Below, piece after piece: positions 12,771 through 26,387 of a DNA stretch of 64,000 nt. The notes below the pieces were generated by a model. It was not told where the DNA came from and searched no databases. It saw only the letters and a program-made list of their open reading frames with translations. Origin of the DNA: Felis catus (Eukaryota); assembly GCF_018350175.1 (NCBI RefSeq), contig NC_058368.1:202060001-202124000 (forward strand), given 5' to 3'. Position 1 is the first letter of the stretch, and the number at the start of each line of letters is the position of its first letter. The translations under genes and the position numbers were made by a program.

Positions 12771-12899
12771 TCCCTGAGATTCATGGAAAAAAACAAACCA
12801 TTGATCACTTACGTGGGGGATTCAACTGTCTTGATGTGTAAATGTCAACATTGCTCTCCTTTACATTGGACCTGGTACCATAGTAATGGGAGTGTGCAG
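12771..12899 (+). CDS. EMB: Embigin coding exon 5, second Ig domain part 1; apparent +1 frameshift in A7 at 12787-12793
   Basis: Acceptor ttcttag|TC and donor CAG|gtaaga. Length is 129 nt, but the phases of exons 4 and 6 require 128. With A6 it reads VPEIHGKNKPLITYVGDSTVLMCKCQHCSPLHWTWYHSNGSVQ. Confidence 0.93.
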
Positions 12900-15071
12900 G
12901 TAAGATCGTATTTCTTTGATCTGAAGAAAACAAAATGGAAACTTTTATTTCATAAATAATAAGATTACCAGCAGAATCAGAATTTCCAGGACCATTTGTA
13001 CTTCTATTATCTTACTATTTAATATGTATTCATGAAGAAGAACAGTGATAAATGCCGTTGTCATTGAATGTTTTTAGCATATTACGTTTTACATCTGAAG
13101 ATACTCTTAATGTTTCATTAACTGGTACTTTGTTTCTTAGATTTAGCGACTTAATTTAAATTTTTTGAAAGGAAGTTATAATTCGCTTTTAGTTGATGAG
13201 TTTAGAAATGACCCTAACAAAAAGATTCTCTTCTCTTATCATCCCATGAAAGTATCCAGAAAAAGTAGACAGTTTTCTTTTTCAGCTTCTGTCTCTGGAA
13301 ACATTTGTGATAGAATACAACACAGTGGCGCCATTTGAGAAAAGAATAAAAATTTGGAAACCTAAACTTAGGTCTTGGGAGTGTCATTGGCCTTTCTTGG
13401 CCTTCTGGAATCCTAAGGGAAGCCAAAGACTTTACATTCCTGTTAAAGAATTAGTGGCTGTTCAAAGAGCTGATAATAAGAAAAACATGAGCATTCAAAA
13501 AATCATTTCTCACTCTTTTTCTTCCTCCCAAATAGCCTCTAAGAGCAAGGAAATTTAGCACATTGTCCTCCAGGGGAACACCGTCTATTACTCTGCTACT
13601 AGTGAACAGTGAAATTAAAACAAGCTGTAATTCTAGGAGGGACAGCATGAGACAGTGTAGACCTTACAATGAAATACTAAATTCCTTCTTAGACAAAATT
13701 AATACTGCCATAGACTGTTGAAGAGAACCAGAGGAAGGACTTAAAAGGGAGAGTGTCTGATTCTGTGGTGGGTTTGATTTTTCAGAGAAAGCTCCAAGTC
13801 ACTTAGTAGTAAATTTAAACCAGTCACAATTCTGCTTATCTTCTCATTGGTGATTAGGAAAGGCAATCATTTTGTGTGTGTAAATATTTTTTTAAGTATG
13901 TAAATTTATAAAGATAAGTATCAATTGTAGTACTTGAAATATATAGCCTGATTTATTTATGTATATGGGATACTAGGCAAAAACTAACCTAAATCTGATG
14001 ATATTAAACTCTCAGGATGTAGTCTGTGTCTCTCTTCATTTGCTATCGTAATTGTCTCTCAATTTGGTCCTCAGCTAGGGTCATATTAGGATGTGAGGAA
14101 AGTGTAAGGAAGAGGGTGCAGGTCAAAACTTTAAGTGTTCTTTTTCAAAATGTAGACAAACCATCTGCATCAGAGTCATCCGGGGTGCCTGTTAAACATG
14201 CATTACTGTGATTCATCAGTTCTGAGTTAGAGAGGGTTTTGTTTGAACGTCACAGGCAGCTCTGTGCACAGGGAGCCAGGTTGCTAAAATTTTGGCGGGG
14301 TGGGGGGTGCAAATAATAAACTCACAGACGATTCTTTATCAGATAACCTCTAAGTATTTGTATGCAGATTAGCACTTCTCAAGCAGGGCAGTTGAGTGAT
14401 AGTGCAGTGAAGGCATCAAATGGCCTGAGAATAAATTTTAATTTAAATGGATTAAATAAATCAGCTCCACAGCAGTTTCATATGGCTCTTTAGAGGCTGG
14501 GGAAAATCCAGTGAATCCCAGAAGCCACCTTGCCTGATAAAGAAAGAAATTCAGATATGAGAAGACAGAAGGTGTGCAGACAAGCACATTTACCAGACTC
14601 ACAGAGGATTTCTACCCTTCCCTCTATGTCAGCTTCAAAGGCCTGAAGATTTCACCCTCAGTTCCAGTCTCAGGACCTCCCGGTGCCAGGGGCCAGTGAT
14701 CTTCCTTTATACAAATGATCAGATTTAATAGCTTCATTAATTCATTAAGTTCAATAGTTGATTTGATGTATGCCTGCTCTTGGGAGGGAGGAAGTACTTT
14801 AAACAGCTAGTTAGGGCTTAGAACATGTAACCCAGATGGCTGGAATTTTTGTGTAATTTTAATTCTGATATTTACCCACGAGCACCTATACACTAGTTTC
14901 AAAGACTGAGTGCTTAGCACTTAAAATATCCCTTTCCTTTGCTACCTTTGGGAGAGCAAACTCTTGGACTCTGTTACTATGCCTTATACCTTTTGCTCAA
15001 ACTAGATTATTGAGGATGTGTATCTTTTATGCAATATGATAGGAATGGCTTTTAATGTCTCCTCATGTTAG

Positions 15072-15351
15072 GTTCCTATTGATGTTCAAATGAGCGAGAA
15101 GTATGCGATCAATAGAACAAATGCTAATGAAACAAGGCTGAAGATAATGCAACTTACAGAGGACAATCAGGGATCTTACTGGTGCCATGCAGTATTCCAA
15201 TTAGGCGAGAGTGAAGAGCGCGTTCAACTTGTGGTGCTGAGTTACTTGGTGCCGCTCAAACCATTTCTTGGAATAGTTGTTGAGGTTGCTATTTTAGTGG
15301 CTGTTATTCTGCTTTGTGAAACATACACCCAGAAGAAAAAGAAGCACATAG
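15072..15351 (+). CDS. EMB: Embigin coding exon 6: second Ig domain end, TM helix, basic stop-transfer
   Basis: Acceptor gttag|GTT and donor ATAG|gtaaga; 280 nt. Translates VPIDVQMSEKYAINRTNANETRLKIMQLTEDNQGSYWCHAVFQLGESEERVQLVVLSYLVPLKPFLGIVVEVAILVAVILLCETYTQKKKKHI, with the intramembrane Glu typical of basigin/embigin/neuroplastin. Confidence 0.97.
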
Positions 15352-15942
15352 GTAAGATTTCTTTTTTTTAGGTAATGTTCTCACGTTATGACTTAATACA
15401 TTATAGTGGCTTTAGAGTTTGGGGGAAATGTCTAACTTTTGTTATTTGGAGTGGTATTTATGCTAATATTAATGGTGAAAGTACTATGAATTTATACTGA
15501 TAGACTTTCTGTTTCAACTTCCTAAAATATTTTAGTATGAAAATATACTTTTTTCCCCCTTTTTCTTTGGTGTTACTGGTACCTAAACACCAATTAGGTG
15601 ATATGTGGTTTGGTACTAGAATATTAGAAAGTCCCATCGTAGCTTAACATAGAAGATCTCAAAGACTGTCTTTCAGTTAGATAACACATTTCAAAAATAT
15701 TTTATCAAACATTCTGGAGTTCTTATAAAAGAGACATTTTCTGATCAGTTTTCTATTTTTGCAGCATGTATCTTACAGATTACAGGTTGAGAAGCCAATG
15801 GTCCCCTAAGAAAATGTATCTTACATTCTATATACTTTTCTGATTTTGTACTAAATTTTTATTAACTTAAATAATTACAAATTAGTCAGCCCTATTTTGA
15901 AAATCCCAGACACTAGACTACGCCTGATCAGAGATTGGAGGA

Positions 15943-16182
15943 GGGGCGCCTGGATGGCTCAGTCAGTTGAGCATCTGACCTTGGCTCACGTCATGATCTC
16001 ACGGCTCGCGAGTTCGAGCCCCACGTTGGGCTCTGTGTTGACAGCTCAGAGCCTGGAGTCTGCTTCAGATTCTGTGTCCCTCTCTCTCTCTGCCCCTCCC
16101 TCACTCATGCTCTGTCTCTCTCTGTCTCTCTGTCTCTCTCTCTCCCAAGAATAAATAAAACATTAAAAAAAATAAAATAAAA
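15943..16182 (+). mobile_element. SINEC
   Basis: Head ggggcgcctggatggctcag, (CT)n tract and A-rich tail. Confidence 0.93.
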
Positions 16183-16388
16183 ATTTTTAAAAATTGCAGT
16201 TGAGGTCTAGAGAGCAGGGAAAGGGGAGAACATGATCGATGTGCAAGTGTCTTGTGTGGTATATCTCTTTCATTCCAAAGAGAGAAAACTGCACAAATGT
16301 ATTTTTAACTTGGGGAAAGTTGAATTCAACATACGTGATCCGTAAGAATAACAAACCAATCTTAATAAATTCTTCTTTTGCTACACAG

Positions 16389-16422
16389 ATGATGGGAAAG
16401 AATTTGAACAAGTTGAACAGCT
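16389..16422 (+). CDS. EMB: Embigin coding exon 7, cytoplasmic tail
   Basis: Acceptor acacag|AT and donor CT|gtaagt; 34 nt. Translates DDGKEFEQVEQL. Confidence 0.95.
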
Positions 16423-16761
16423 GTAAGTATTATTTTTTACAGATTAATTTTCACTTGAGTAAAATACAGACAGGTATGAAATTGAATATAAAAGTTTGCA
16501 GGTGAAAACAAAACCCACAAGTGTAACATTATGCAGGTGTTATTTTCTGTACACATCTGTGTTGTGGGGAGGCTTGCCTGCAAGGGAGCCTCCCCTCCTC
16601 CCTCCACCACTCACTTTTACCTCTCTGTGCTTCGGTTTTCTCCTCAACAAAATGGCTTTAATGATAGCATTTGTCATACAAGTCTTTTGGACCAAATGCT
16701 TAGCCTGGGCTTTGATGCACAGGGGTGTTCAATAACCATAAGGAAGTATTATTGTGTAAAG

Positions 16762-17174
16762 TAGTATTTCTCAAACTTGGCTATATCTTTGGTTACTTAG
16801 GATGCTCCTTAAAAATACAGTTGCTCAGGGGGCACCTGGGTGGCTCAGTCAGTTAAGCGTCCGACTTCAGCTTGGGTCATGATCTCACAGTTTGTGAGTT
16901 GGAGCCCCGCATCGGGCTGTGTGCTGACAGCCCAGAGCCTGGAGCCTGCTTCCGATTCTGTGTCTCCCTCTCTCTCTGCCTCCCCCACTCACACCTGTCT
17001 CTCTCTCTGTCTCAAAAATAAACAAACATTAAAATTTTTTTTTAAAAAATACAGTTGCTCAGACTTGAGCAGTTTGCTCCTGGATCAAAACCTCTGGGAT
17101 TGGTGCCTAGGCATCTCCATTTCTCTAAAATGTCGATCACTGATTCTGATTCTCTGTCATGTTGAAAATCACTG
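16762..17174. mobile_element. MER5-type hAT MITE containing a SINEC (+, 16829-17044)
   Basis: TIR-like ends tagtatttctcaa / ttgaaaatcactg. SINE TSD AAAAATACAGTTGCTCAG at 16811-16828 and 17045-17062. Confidence 0.8.
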
Positions 17175-19166
17175 GCCTAGAATTTTATTAGTCACTACTT
17201 TTTGAGAGAACACCTATTGTGCCACAGGTTCTCTTACAGCCCCTTTGTTGAGAGTCAAGCCTGAAGAGGGCAGAGAAGAAGATTATCAGGAAAGTAGCTT
17301 AGTGTGGCGAAGATGGGAGTTACTAGGTCCTCTAAACTGGAGGAGTGAACATGGAGTCCAGTGATAGATAGAGGTGCCCAAGTCTGGGATTCAAGATCTG
17401 AGTAACATAGCCAAGGGCTGGACCAGGAAAACGAGACCAGGTTAAAGCAGCTGATAGAAACCTAGGAAATGGAAGGCCTGAGCAAATGTGACCAATACAG
17501 AATGGCACTGAAGTTTATCTTTGTCAGCCGACACAAGTTCTGAGGTGTGGTCTATAGCCATGGTTAGAGAGTGGGAGCGAGGTAGACCGCTGTCATTTAG
17601 ATATTCGCAGACGTTATTCAGATAGTTCTTTTTACTCTGTTCACATATGGTCAGTAAAATAAATATGAACTTCTAAAGGATATGAAATAATTATATCAGG
17701 AGCTCTGTGCTCTATAACCACAGATAGGAAGAAAACAAAACAAAATAGTGTTGTCTTAGCATAAACACTTACAGTTGGAAGGAAGTTGCACCTCTTTCTG
17801 GAGAACTTGGATACCTTGTTTATACGGCTTTGAATGTTTTATCTCTTTGAATGTTTTATCTTTTTGGTTCCCGCGTATTGATTCCCATTGTTATACTTGC
17901 AGTCATATAAAAACAAGACCATCATTCAGATACTTGAAACAGTTATAGACTTGCCTGAATTCTGTTCTTCCAGCTCAGCTGCCCCAGTGTTTCTAGCCAT
18001 TCCCTTGCACTCACATTTGGAGGCTTTGTGGTTTGTGTAACACATACTCTGAAAGGATGACATCAGAAAAGCATGGAATAGACATCAATTCTCAATTTAC
18101 TTTTCATGTATCTAGCTTACCCAGTTTAAAAAATATTCTTACAGTATTTTTGTCTAGAATACCCTAAGAATAACGTCAAACTGATTCAATCTATAGTATA
18201 ATGATTAACTTTCTTTTCTTTTATGGATAATTGGGATAGTGTACATAATTTTCTCTACCCTGTCCTGCTCATCTCCAGTTTATTTCAGTATCTTTAATTT
18301 TAATACAAGGGTCAAGGGCACTTGAATTCATTTGCAGTAACTTTTACCAATGTTCTTTTAGAATTTTTAGTTTAGAATTATCATTACATTTTATATATAA
18401 TGTTTATATGTTTAGATGCCAGGGAGAGTCATAGAGTTCCTTGATGAAAATAAATCTTAAAAACAGTACTAAGTGCGTAACATCAAAACAAGCTAATCAC
18501 TTCATGTATTTCAATGAGGAGCTCATTCATTTATCTGATCCACTCATATGTTTAATGCATACACTCTCATCTACTCACCCCTCCCCCAAATTTTGCTTAA
18601 GTGGTTGAATTTACTATCTGGTGGTAACGGCTTAGTGAGCTCAGGCCTGCCCGAAAGACCTAGAAGGGTATTCTTATGCACTCTTGTTACCTTGTTTAGT
18701 CATCCTTGCCTTTAAGAATCTGAAGCCTGTATTTGTGGTCTTGCCCTGATGCACATCGGGTAGACAGAGAACTGTGTGTAACATCTAATTGTAATAAACA
18801 TGTTAGATTACAGCACCCGTCTCTTATGTGTTGGCTGAATTTCTGATTGGCTGTTATCTTGCAGGCCTCAAGACAGCACACAAGTTATAGTCATATACCC
18901 AAGTCCTCACTCATGTTGGGCGAGAAGCAGTTCTCCCTCTGCATAAAATAAACGGGACTTGGTTACGGTCATCTATGGCAATACTTCTTCTCTAAGCAAT
19001 GGTATAAAAACAAAATCAACCTTATGAGTAAAACATTTTTAGGAAAAATGAATTTTCTGTATTGACCTTTTACATTTTAACCTGATGGCCACGGTATAGA
19101 TGGTGTACTGACTTGATTTTATGTAATGTAAATATCTAGTGGTTTTCTTTTTTGTTTTCTATACAG

Positions 19167-19221
19167 GAAATCAGACGATACCAATGGTGTAGAAAATAAT
19201 GCCCCCAGGCACAGAAAAAAT
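19167..19221 (+). CDS. EMB: Embigin coding exon 8, cytoplasmic tail
   Basis: Polypyrimidine tract, acceptor atacag|G and donor AAT|gtaagt; 55 nt. Translates KSDDTNGVENNAPRHRKN. Confidence 0.95.
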
Positions 19222-19810
19222 GTAAGTTACTTCCAAAGGATATTCCAAATAAAAGGAAAAATTCATATACACAGACTCTTATTCCAGCTACACTTTTTAG
19301 TTTCATACAAGACCTAATCATTTACTATGTGCTTGAATATGCTTGTTTACAATATTATAGAAGAAAATTTATAGTTCTGCAAGAATAAATGACATCTTTT
19401 TTCTACCATAGAACATGCAGCAACAAACCTAAAAGTAAATCTGTTGCACTGTGTGTATATATATATATATCACCACGGGCTAGCTAGTTCCTTTTACTAC
19501 TTTTCATATAGTCTTATTTTTTTTTTTTTTTCTATCAGAGGTTTTCTGGATCTTCCTCTTTTATTCTCATATACTGCCATATATTTGGTGCTATGAACAA
19601 ATCCATGTTAGCTTATTTTCTTTACTGATTAGAATCCAAATTTTCATAGTTCATCAACATTTTTTCCACAGTATTTAGGATGGATACTGTTGGTTTTGGC
19701 AGTGGTTTGGATCACTCCTTGCTAGCACTTTTTGCTTTGCTAGAGTGATAAGTAGTTCTAGAATGATTAGGACATGCTAATTATGTTTCATTATGCTTTA
19801 TTTAACTCAG

Positions 19811-19828
19811 GAATCCGTGAGCCAATGA
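19811..19828 (+). CDS. EMB: Embigin terminal coding exon 9 (ESVSQ-stop)
   Basis: Acceptor actcag|GAA TCC GTG AGC CAA TGA, phase 0 after exon 8. The human C-terminus is recalled as ESLGQ. Confidence 0.92.
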   Translation, partial: ESVSQ

Positions 19829-21150
19829 AAGCGAAACATCGTGTCAAGAGTCATGGGAACATGTGCAGTTTGTATTTCAGCTTTATTTATGCTTCCTATT
19901 AAGAACATCTGAATTTTTATTTTTGAAAGGATGAAAAGTTTATGCAATATATTGCTCAGCAGTAGCTTTGTAATAATATATGTATGTGGGATCTAAAGAT
20001 ATATTTTCAGTCTGCAGTTATTTTTACATTAAAGCAAGGTAAATTATATTAAATATGTTCTATGAGCTATAACCTAGGATAATTAATTTCATCCTGGTCA
20101 TCAAGGGATGCACAGAACAGATACCAGCAAAACCAGTTAATACTACACAGAACTAATGTCATTCAAGACCTGTTTATAACCAAAGAATTCATTAAAGAGA
20201 AAATCTTTGCCATTTGCCTTAAAAAGTTGTTTTTTTCTAATCATGCTTACTACGTATAGAAATATTTGTAATAATTTTCATGTAAGGTTCATCCTCTGTC
20301 ACACTGGAAAAAAAACATCTTTCACTAGGAAATGAATACTTTCTGCCTTCGCTAACAATTCACAATCGCCACAAGAAAAACATACTTTTCCTCCACAAAT
20401 AGCAGTTTAAGGCAAGGAAATATAACCATATACTTGCCCCAAATCTCCCTTCACCACAAAAAAAGCCCATTTCCCAACCTTTGTTTCACTCCTCTCCACT
20501 GCTTTCGGACACCAGGCAAAAGTGACTCTTAGTCTTTACGTGGAGCATTTTTTAAATGCCATGGGTTTGGGAATTCATAAGTTACACCTGGGCTGATGCT
20601 GTAGGATATAGGTCCATATAGTCATAATATAGCACTGCTACAGGGTTCTGTAGAAGCACTGCTTCTGTGGTTCATGGTTTCCTGGTATCTTTGACTTGGT
20701 ACCTGGTGCCCTGATACTCATGGGTAGCTAAATATCTAAAAAGGCTTTGCTACTGCTTTCTAGTCATGATTCCTTTGTTTGAAACCCAGAGGTCCTAAAG
20801 TATTTCTTCTCTGTTGTTGTAAATGCTGTAGACCTTTCTTCAAAATTAGAATGGTTCCAATGGTGTGTATAACTGAAATATTTCATAAAATCACTTTAAC
20901 TAAATGAAATGAAATAGATCATGAAAAATTGTCAGTGGCTTTGAGTGGACTATTAAAATCATACTGCAGGATACTAGACTGTGTTGAAGACGATGATGTG
21001 AAGCCTCAGTGTCCCTAGTGCTGGTGGGTCCAGTATAGCAGCCATCAGAACAAGCAGAAGCCAAGAGGGAAGAGTTGGGATGGTGACAAGAAACCCATGA
21101 TTTTTGGTGACTAGGAGACTCACATTTGGAGAAGAGGAGTTCAGTGATTT

Positions 21151-21191
<41 letters not shown>

Positions 21192-21233
21192 TTCTAGAAA
21201 TTTACATTGTGTCCTGGCTGAGAAAATAATAAA
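19829..21233 (+). other. EMB: Putative EMB 3' UTR; true end not determinable
   Basis: AT-rich sequence after the stop. Candidate poly(A) signals are ATTAAA 20028-20033, ATTAAA 20191-20196 and AATAAA 21228-21233. Confidence 0.5.
21152..21190. repeat. (TAA)13 microsatellite
   Basis: Direct reading. Confidence 0.95.
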
Positions 21234-22510
21234 ATCGTGTTAATGAAAATTGGAGTTTATATGGCATCTTAACTAATGTTAAAAGTATGACTAATAGGAG
21301 TAATACACATAAAGTCGTGACTTAGAAGCTGCTCATTGTTTTGTTGCAGAGTATTTTGTGTAAAGCATGTTAACTACACATACACGTTTTATTGAACTAG
21401 ACATCCCTTAAGTAATGGCAGATTTTATTTCGTTCTTAGTCTCAGAGCCATAAGCCTTACATTGTTTTGGTTTAATTCAGTATTTGATAAAATTCTCTTG
21501 GATGGTATCTATATGATGGCAGACAACCAATCAGGTCACTTAATTAATATAAACAATTTGAATTCAGTGAAAAATGAGACCTATTATTTGACTAAGTACA
21601 ATTCAAAATGGTGTATTTATGATTGGTATATACAAAACAATTTGTAGCTCGTAGGCAGTACGCATCCTTACGTTTTGCAACACTATTTAGGCTAAGATAT
21701 TTTTCAAGCGAGAAAAATTGCTGCCCCTTGGTAATCTGAAATGTTTAAATAGTAAGTTGAATTTTTAAGGGTCAATGCTTGCTATTTTTCCTAGCAAAGG
21801 CAATTCATTTCAGTGACTTTAAGCAGAAAAAGTACTCAGAAAATTAAAGTTGAGTTTTGGCTTTTTAGATCCTCTCTGGAAGAACTTCTGGAAAATTACT
21901 TCAGACTCTTAGATTAACAATGGAATGCTTCCATTAACTAACCTCATGTGGAAGATAGATGGATTAACTCATAATAACCAATTGTAAATTGGCTGAAAAT
22001 TCTAAGTAAGCAGAAAAGCTGAAGTAGGAAAACTGCTCTATGTTTATATATTAGACCTGTTGGGAAGTTCTATTAATCTTTCCAGCTAACAGGGTTTTGC
22101 AGAATAAGTAGATTTAATGATGTCTTAAAATTCCCAGATACTTTCATATTCAGTTTATGCTCTAATGTAAATCTGCTCTCCCATTGTATCTGTCTCTTTT
22201 TTCTCAGCATCTAGGTACTCAGGCCAAAACCCAGAGCTCATTATGACATTTTCTTCTCCTCTATTAACTAATACTCATTATTAATGAATCTGTTTCTTTA
22301 CCCTTCTCAGTAGTTCACTCATCCACCCATTGCCTTCCCCACCCCACTCTCACCACTGCAGTAGCAAGGGCTTGGCTTTCCTTCTTCTGTCTCATCTTCT
22401 GTTTGTCCATTTTTTGTACTGCTGCCCGACTCATCTTTCTAAAACACAGATCTCGCTATGCTAACTTAATATGGCAGCTTCCATTCGGCAGACTCACCTT
22501 TGATATTCCT

Positions 22511-22713
22511 TTTATTTTATTTTTTAAGTTTATTTGGAGAGAAAGAGAGCATGTGCTCACGCACCTGTGTGTGCGGGGGAGTGGCAGAGAGGAAGGGAGA
22601 GAGAGAATCCCAGCGCAGAGCCCTACACAGGGCTTGAACTCACAAACTGTGGGATCATGACCTGAGCCGAAATCCAGAGTCGGAGACTCCACCGACTGAG
22701 CACCCAGGTGCCC
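22511..22713 (-). mobile_element. SINEC (older subfamily)
   Basis: gagagaatccca...gactgagcacccaggtgccc. Confidence 0.88.
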
Positions 22714-23859
22714 ATTTCTTAATACTGCAGTTTTCCAAGTTGCTAATCTCTCCCCAGTGTCTTGATTTAGCCTTGATATGCAGAGATCCGGTGCAGAATG
22801 CTGTCCCCCACCCTGTGCTCCTTCCATGGACTGGCTCGAGTTTAGCTTTCAAAATTTTAATCTGATGTTATTTCCTGGTAGATCTTTCACACCCAGTGGA
22901 ATATATACCATGTTATTTCATCAAATAACTCCACATTTCTTTGTGTGTATTACCCTGTAACATCTGTCTTCTTCCTGTGTCCTGTACCTAACCTACCACA
23001 GAGAGGGTGCATTAGAGATGTCACAAAATGTGTGTTGAATAGGTAAATGTATCAGTAAAAGTCAATCAAATTTCATAAATTTGTAGTTATTTTTAGAGCA
23101 GTCTAAATTGTGACATCAGAATTAAAACACATTATTTTAAGAGATAAACAATGTTTTGAGTCAACGTTTGCTTCTATTACTTTGAAAACTACACAGTAAT
23201 AGAGTCAAAGCGTCATCAGATTTTCATAATGTATTAATATCAAGTGAGTGAAGAGAGCTCTGATTCCTAAACTGCTATACAAGGTATGCCCCCTTCAATG
23301 TATTTAAAATTCCTATTGTCCTCTATTTTTCATGGACAGTTGGAATATTAACCCTATTTTTATCTTTTATTTTAATGAGATAATGTATTGAATTTAAATA
23401 TAAACAACTTTAGCAATTATAGCCTTTGCATGGTGCTGTAGTGTCCCCCACCCCCCCACCCCCCAACTCATTTCTCATTTCTCTTCCCCACCAATACCTC
23501 ATAGTACTTTAGAGTATCTCGGAATCCCATTCAAAATTCTATCTTAAATAAAAATTTTTAAAGAAAGGTTTCATTGTTTAGTTTTGATCACTGAAGATTT
23601 GTCTTTAATCAAATTCATGAAAGAAAAAAAATGTCAGTTCCGCTCACTTATTCCCTAGGTCTTCATCTTTGAGGCATTTAAATAGATTTATATAAGATGG
23701 TTATTGAATATTTACTATACTTCCTTACAGAAAATGCACTTTTCTAGTTGAAAAAGTCTATGCAGTCAGTGAATTAGGGGACTTACTCCCTATTACCCTT
23801 GTTCATCTTCAGGTGGGAGTGAGTTCAAGTATGTGTTGCAGTATTAGTTAAAAGGCACA

Positions 23860-24065
23860 GGAGTGCCTGGGTGGCTCAATCGGTTAAGTGTCCAACTTCG
23901 GCTCAGGTCATGATCTCACAGTTCTGCATCGGGCTCTGTGCTGACAGCTCAGAGCCTGGAGCCTGCTTCGGATTCTGTCTCCCTCTCTCTCTGCCCCTCC
24001 CCCACTCAGGCTCGCTCTCGCTCTCGCTCTCTCTCTCTCTCAAAAATAAATAATAAACATTTAAA
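23860..24065 (+). mobile_element. SINEC
   Basis: TSD AAAAGGCACAG at 23850-23860 and 24066-24076. Confidence 0.92.
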
Positions 24066-24369
24066 AAAAGGCACAGTGACCTACTTAAAGCATGCTCTGA
24101 GTTAATATTTATTGGATGAATGAAAAATAGATGAATGACCCAATTATGTTGGAATCTTAAATTATACATATTTACATATGATTCTGATTACATTTGGTTC
24201 TGATTAATTAACTTTGACTCTATCCTATCCAGAGAAAAAGAAAACTGAAACTGCCTATGTTCAATTCTGTGGTCTTTAGGAATGTATTTGTACTGAATCT
24301 AGATGGTCAATTACATGCCAAATTGAGTTCCTCATTAAGAATATATAAATTTCATTAAATAATAAAACC

Positions 24370-24590
24370 TGACATTTGTCGAGTGCTTAGCATGTGACAG
24401 GCACTGTGCTGAATGCTTTGACATGTGTTGCCTCCTTGAATCCCTACATCACATCCTTATGCTACAGGAAATATTACCATTTGCTGTATTAGAGATGAGA
24501 AACCCAAAGCCTGGGGAGACGGTGTTTGGAGCTGGTATGGAAATTCAAGGAGTCCTTCGCAGGAGTTTTCGTTTAACAACCATGTTGAAC
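24370..24590 (-). mobile_element. MIR remnant
   Basis: acatttgtcgagtgcttagcatgtgacaggcactgtgctgaatgcttt...agatgagaaaccc. Confidence 0.7.
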
Positions 24591-26015
24591 AGCTTTAGCC
24601 CCTACTTACATGCGTCTTAGAAAATGAGGCTATTATCTATATCAAGTATCTTTTAAAAAAATGTTTATTTTCTCAGATGGTCAGTTAAAGAAGTTCCTCA
24701 ATCTTATCCCCAAGGCTTATAGGATCTGTGCTGTGGCATACTTGTGTCCCTGTGAGTGGTGCTGGGGAATCATGACCCTTCTGTTCCTTTGGAGAGTCCT
24801 TCTTCCCACCTCCCCCTATTTTTACTCCTCAGTAGTTAGTGTGAACATTAGCTTTATCATCCAAACACTGAGAATGAAAGAAAGCGTATGTATCATTTCA
24901 CCAGGACAACAGACAGAAAATGGACCTGTATGGTCACATTTTTTGTCTGCAGGGAAGAACTAAGTACTTTATGGATATTCTAGCCTAGGCATAGCAGTGA
25001 CATGTATAGCAAGTTTGAGTGATAAATTCAAGGTCGGGGAAAGAACTATCTTTAGAAAATGCCAGGTGAGAGTCACTATAGACAAATACCTATTATGAGA
25101 CAATTTAGTAAGTTAAAGATTTGTTACTTTCCAAAGGTAATGTGATTAAAATTTATTATAATTCAAAAGTATGATTCACAGTTGTGAGAGATGTTGGAAA
25201 AGAAAGTCATGTTTTTGATAACCTGTGAAATGAATTGGGCAATTCTTTGGATCTGCTTATCTTTGTGATTAATGTATCATAATAATATCTGTGATTGTCA
25301 GTGAATCAGGAATGCCTCATTATGCTTTTATAATAAAATTTACTTACAAAATGGGTGAAGATTACTCATGAATAGCATTGTCAAAATTACTTTTAATCAC
25401 GTGATTAACTTGGAACACCTATGTTTCTTACTCTTTCATTTTCCAAATAAGAAAATGCTAGGGAAACTTGTTTACAGGATATTGGTTAAAATCTTATATT
25501 ATTTTGGTGTGTTATCTATTATGGTTCAGAACTTTTACTCACAAAAGTTGATTTTGCTATTTAACTTGTACTGTACTTCAGGGAAAGCACAAATTCTCAT
25601 TTTTCTATGTTTTATTTGATAAATGGAAATATTAGACATATTACATATGTAATTAACTATAATGTTATTTAATGGCACAAAATTATCACAAAATATGATT
25701 ATATTAACAGCTTTTGTATCTCTTAAGATAAAAATTTGACCATAAACTTTACTTTTTTTTTTAAATCAAGGACCATGGATTTATGATGACATATTTCCTA
25801 ATAATTTTAATATTTTCTCTTTTTTTAGCATACGTGTCTAAATTTCCATAATGCCTTTCTGATTTATGTAAATAGCACAGAAAATGTCTGTATTGGAATG
25901 TTTAAAGAAAGCTTTTTGTTGCATATAACTCAAAGAGTGTACTTAATATGCAATTAAATTCAATAAAATTTCCTCCAAATTAAGGATTTAAGTGAGTACT
26001 AGAAAATATATTTTT

Positions 26016-26259
26016 GGGCACCTGGGTGGCTCAGTTGGTTAAGTTCCACAACCAACTGGTCATGATCTCACAGTTTCTGTGATGGAGCTCCTCATTGGCA
26101 TGGAGCCTTCTTGGAATTCTCTCCACCTCTGTCTCTGTTTCTCTCTCTCTCTCTCTCTCTCTTTTTCTCTCTCTCTCCTTCTCCCTCTCTCTCTGCCCCT
26201 CTCCTGCTCTCTCTCTCTCTCTCTTTCTCTCTCTCAAAGTAAATAAACATTTTTTAAAA
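26016..26259 (+). mobile_element. SINEC with expanded CT tract
   Basis: TSD AGAAAATATATTTT at 26001-26014 and 26260-26273. Confidence 0.9.
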
Positions 26260-26387
26260 AGAAAATATATTTTCAATTTTCAATAGAAAAAACTGATTTT
26301 TTTCCCTTTCATTATGCTCATGGGAAGTTTGGTAAAACAATTCATCCTTCTCAAGAGAGCCCAACAAAAAAGTGTGCCTTGAGCTGG

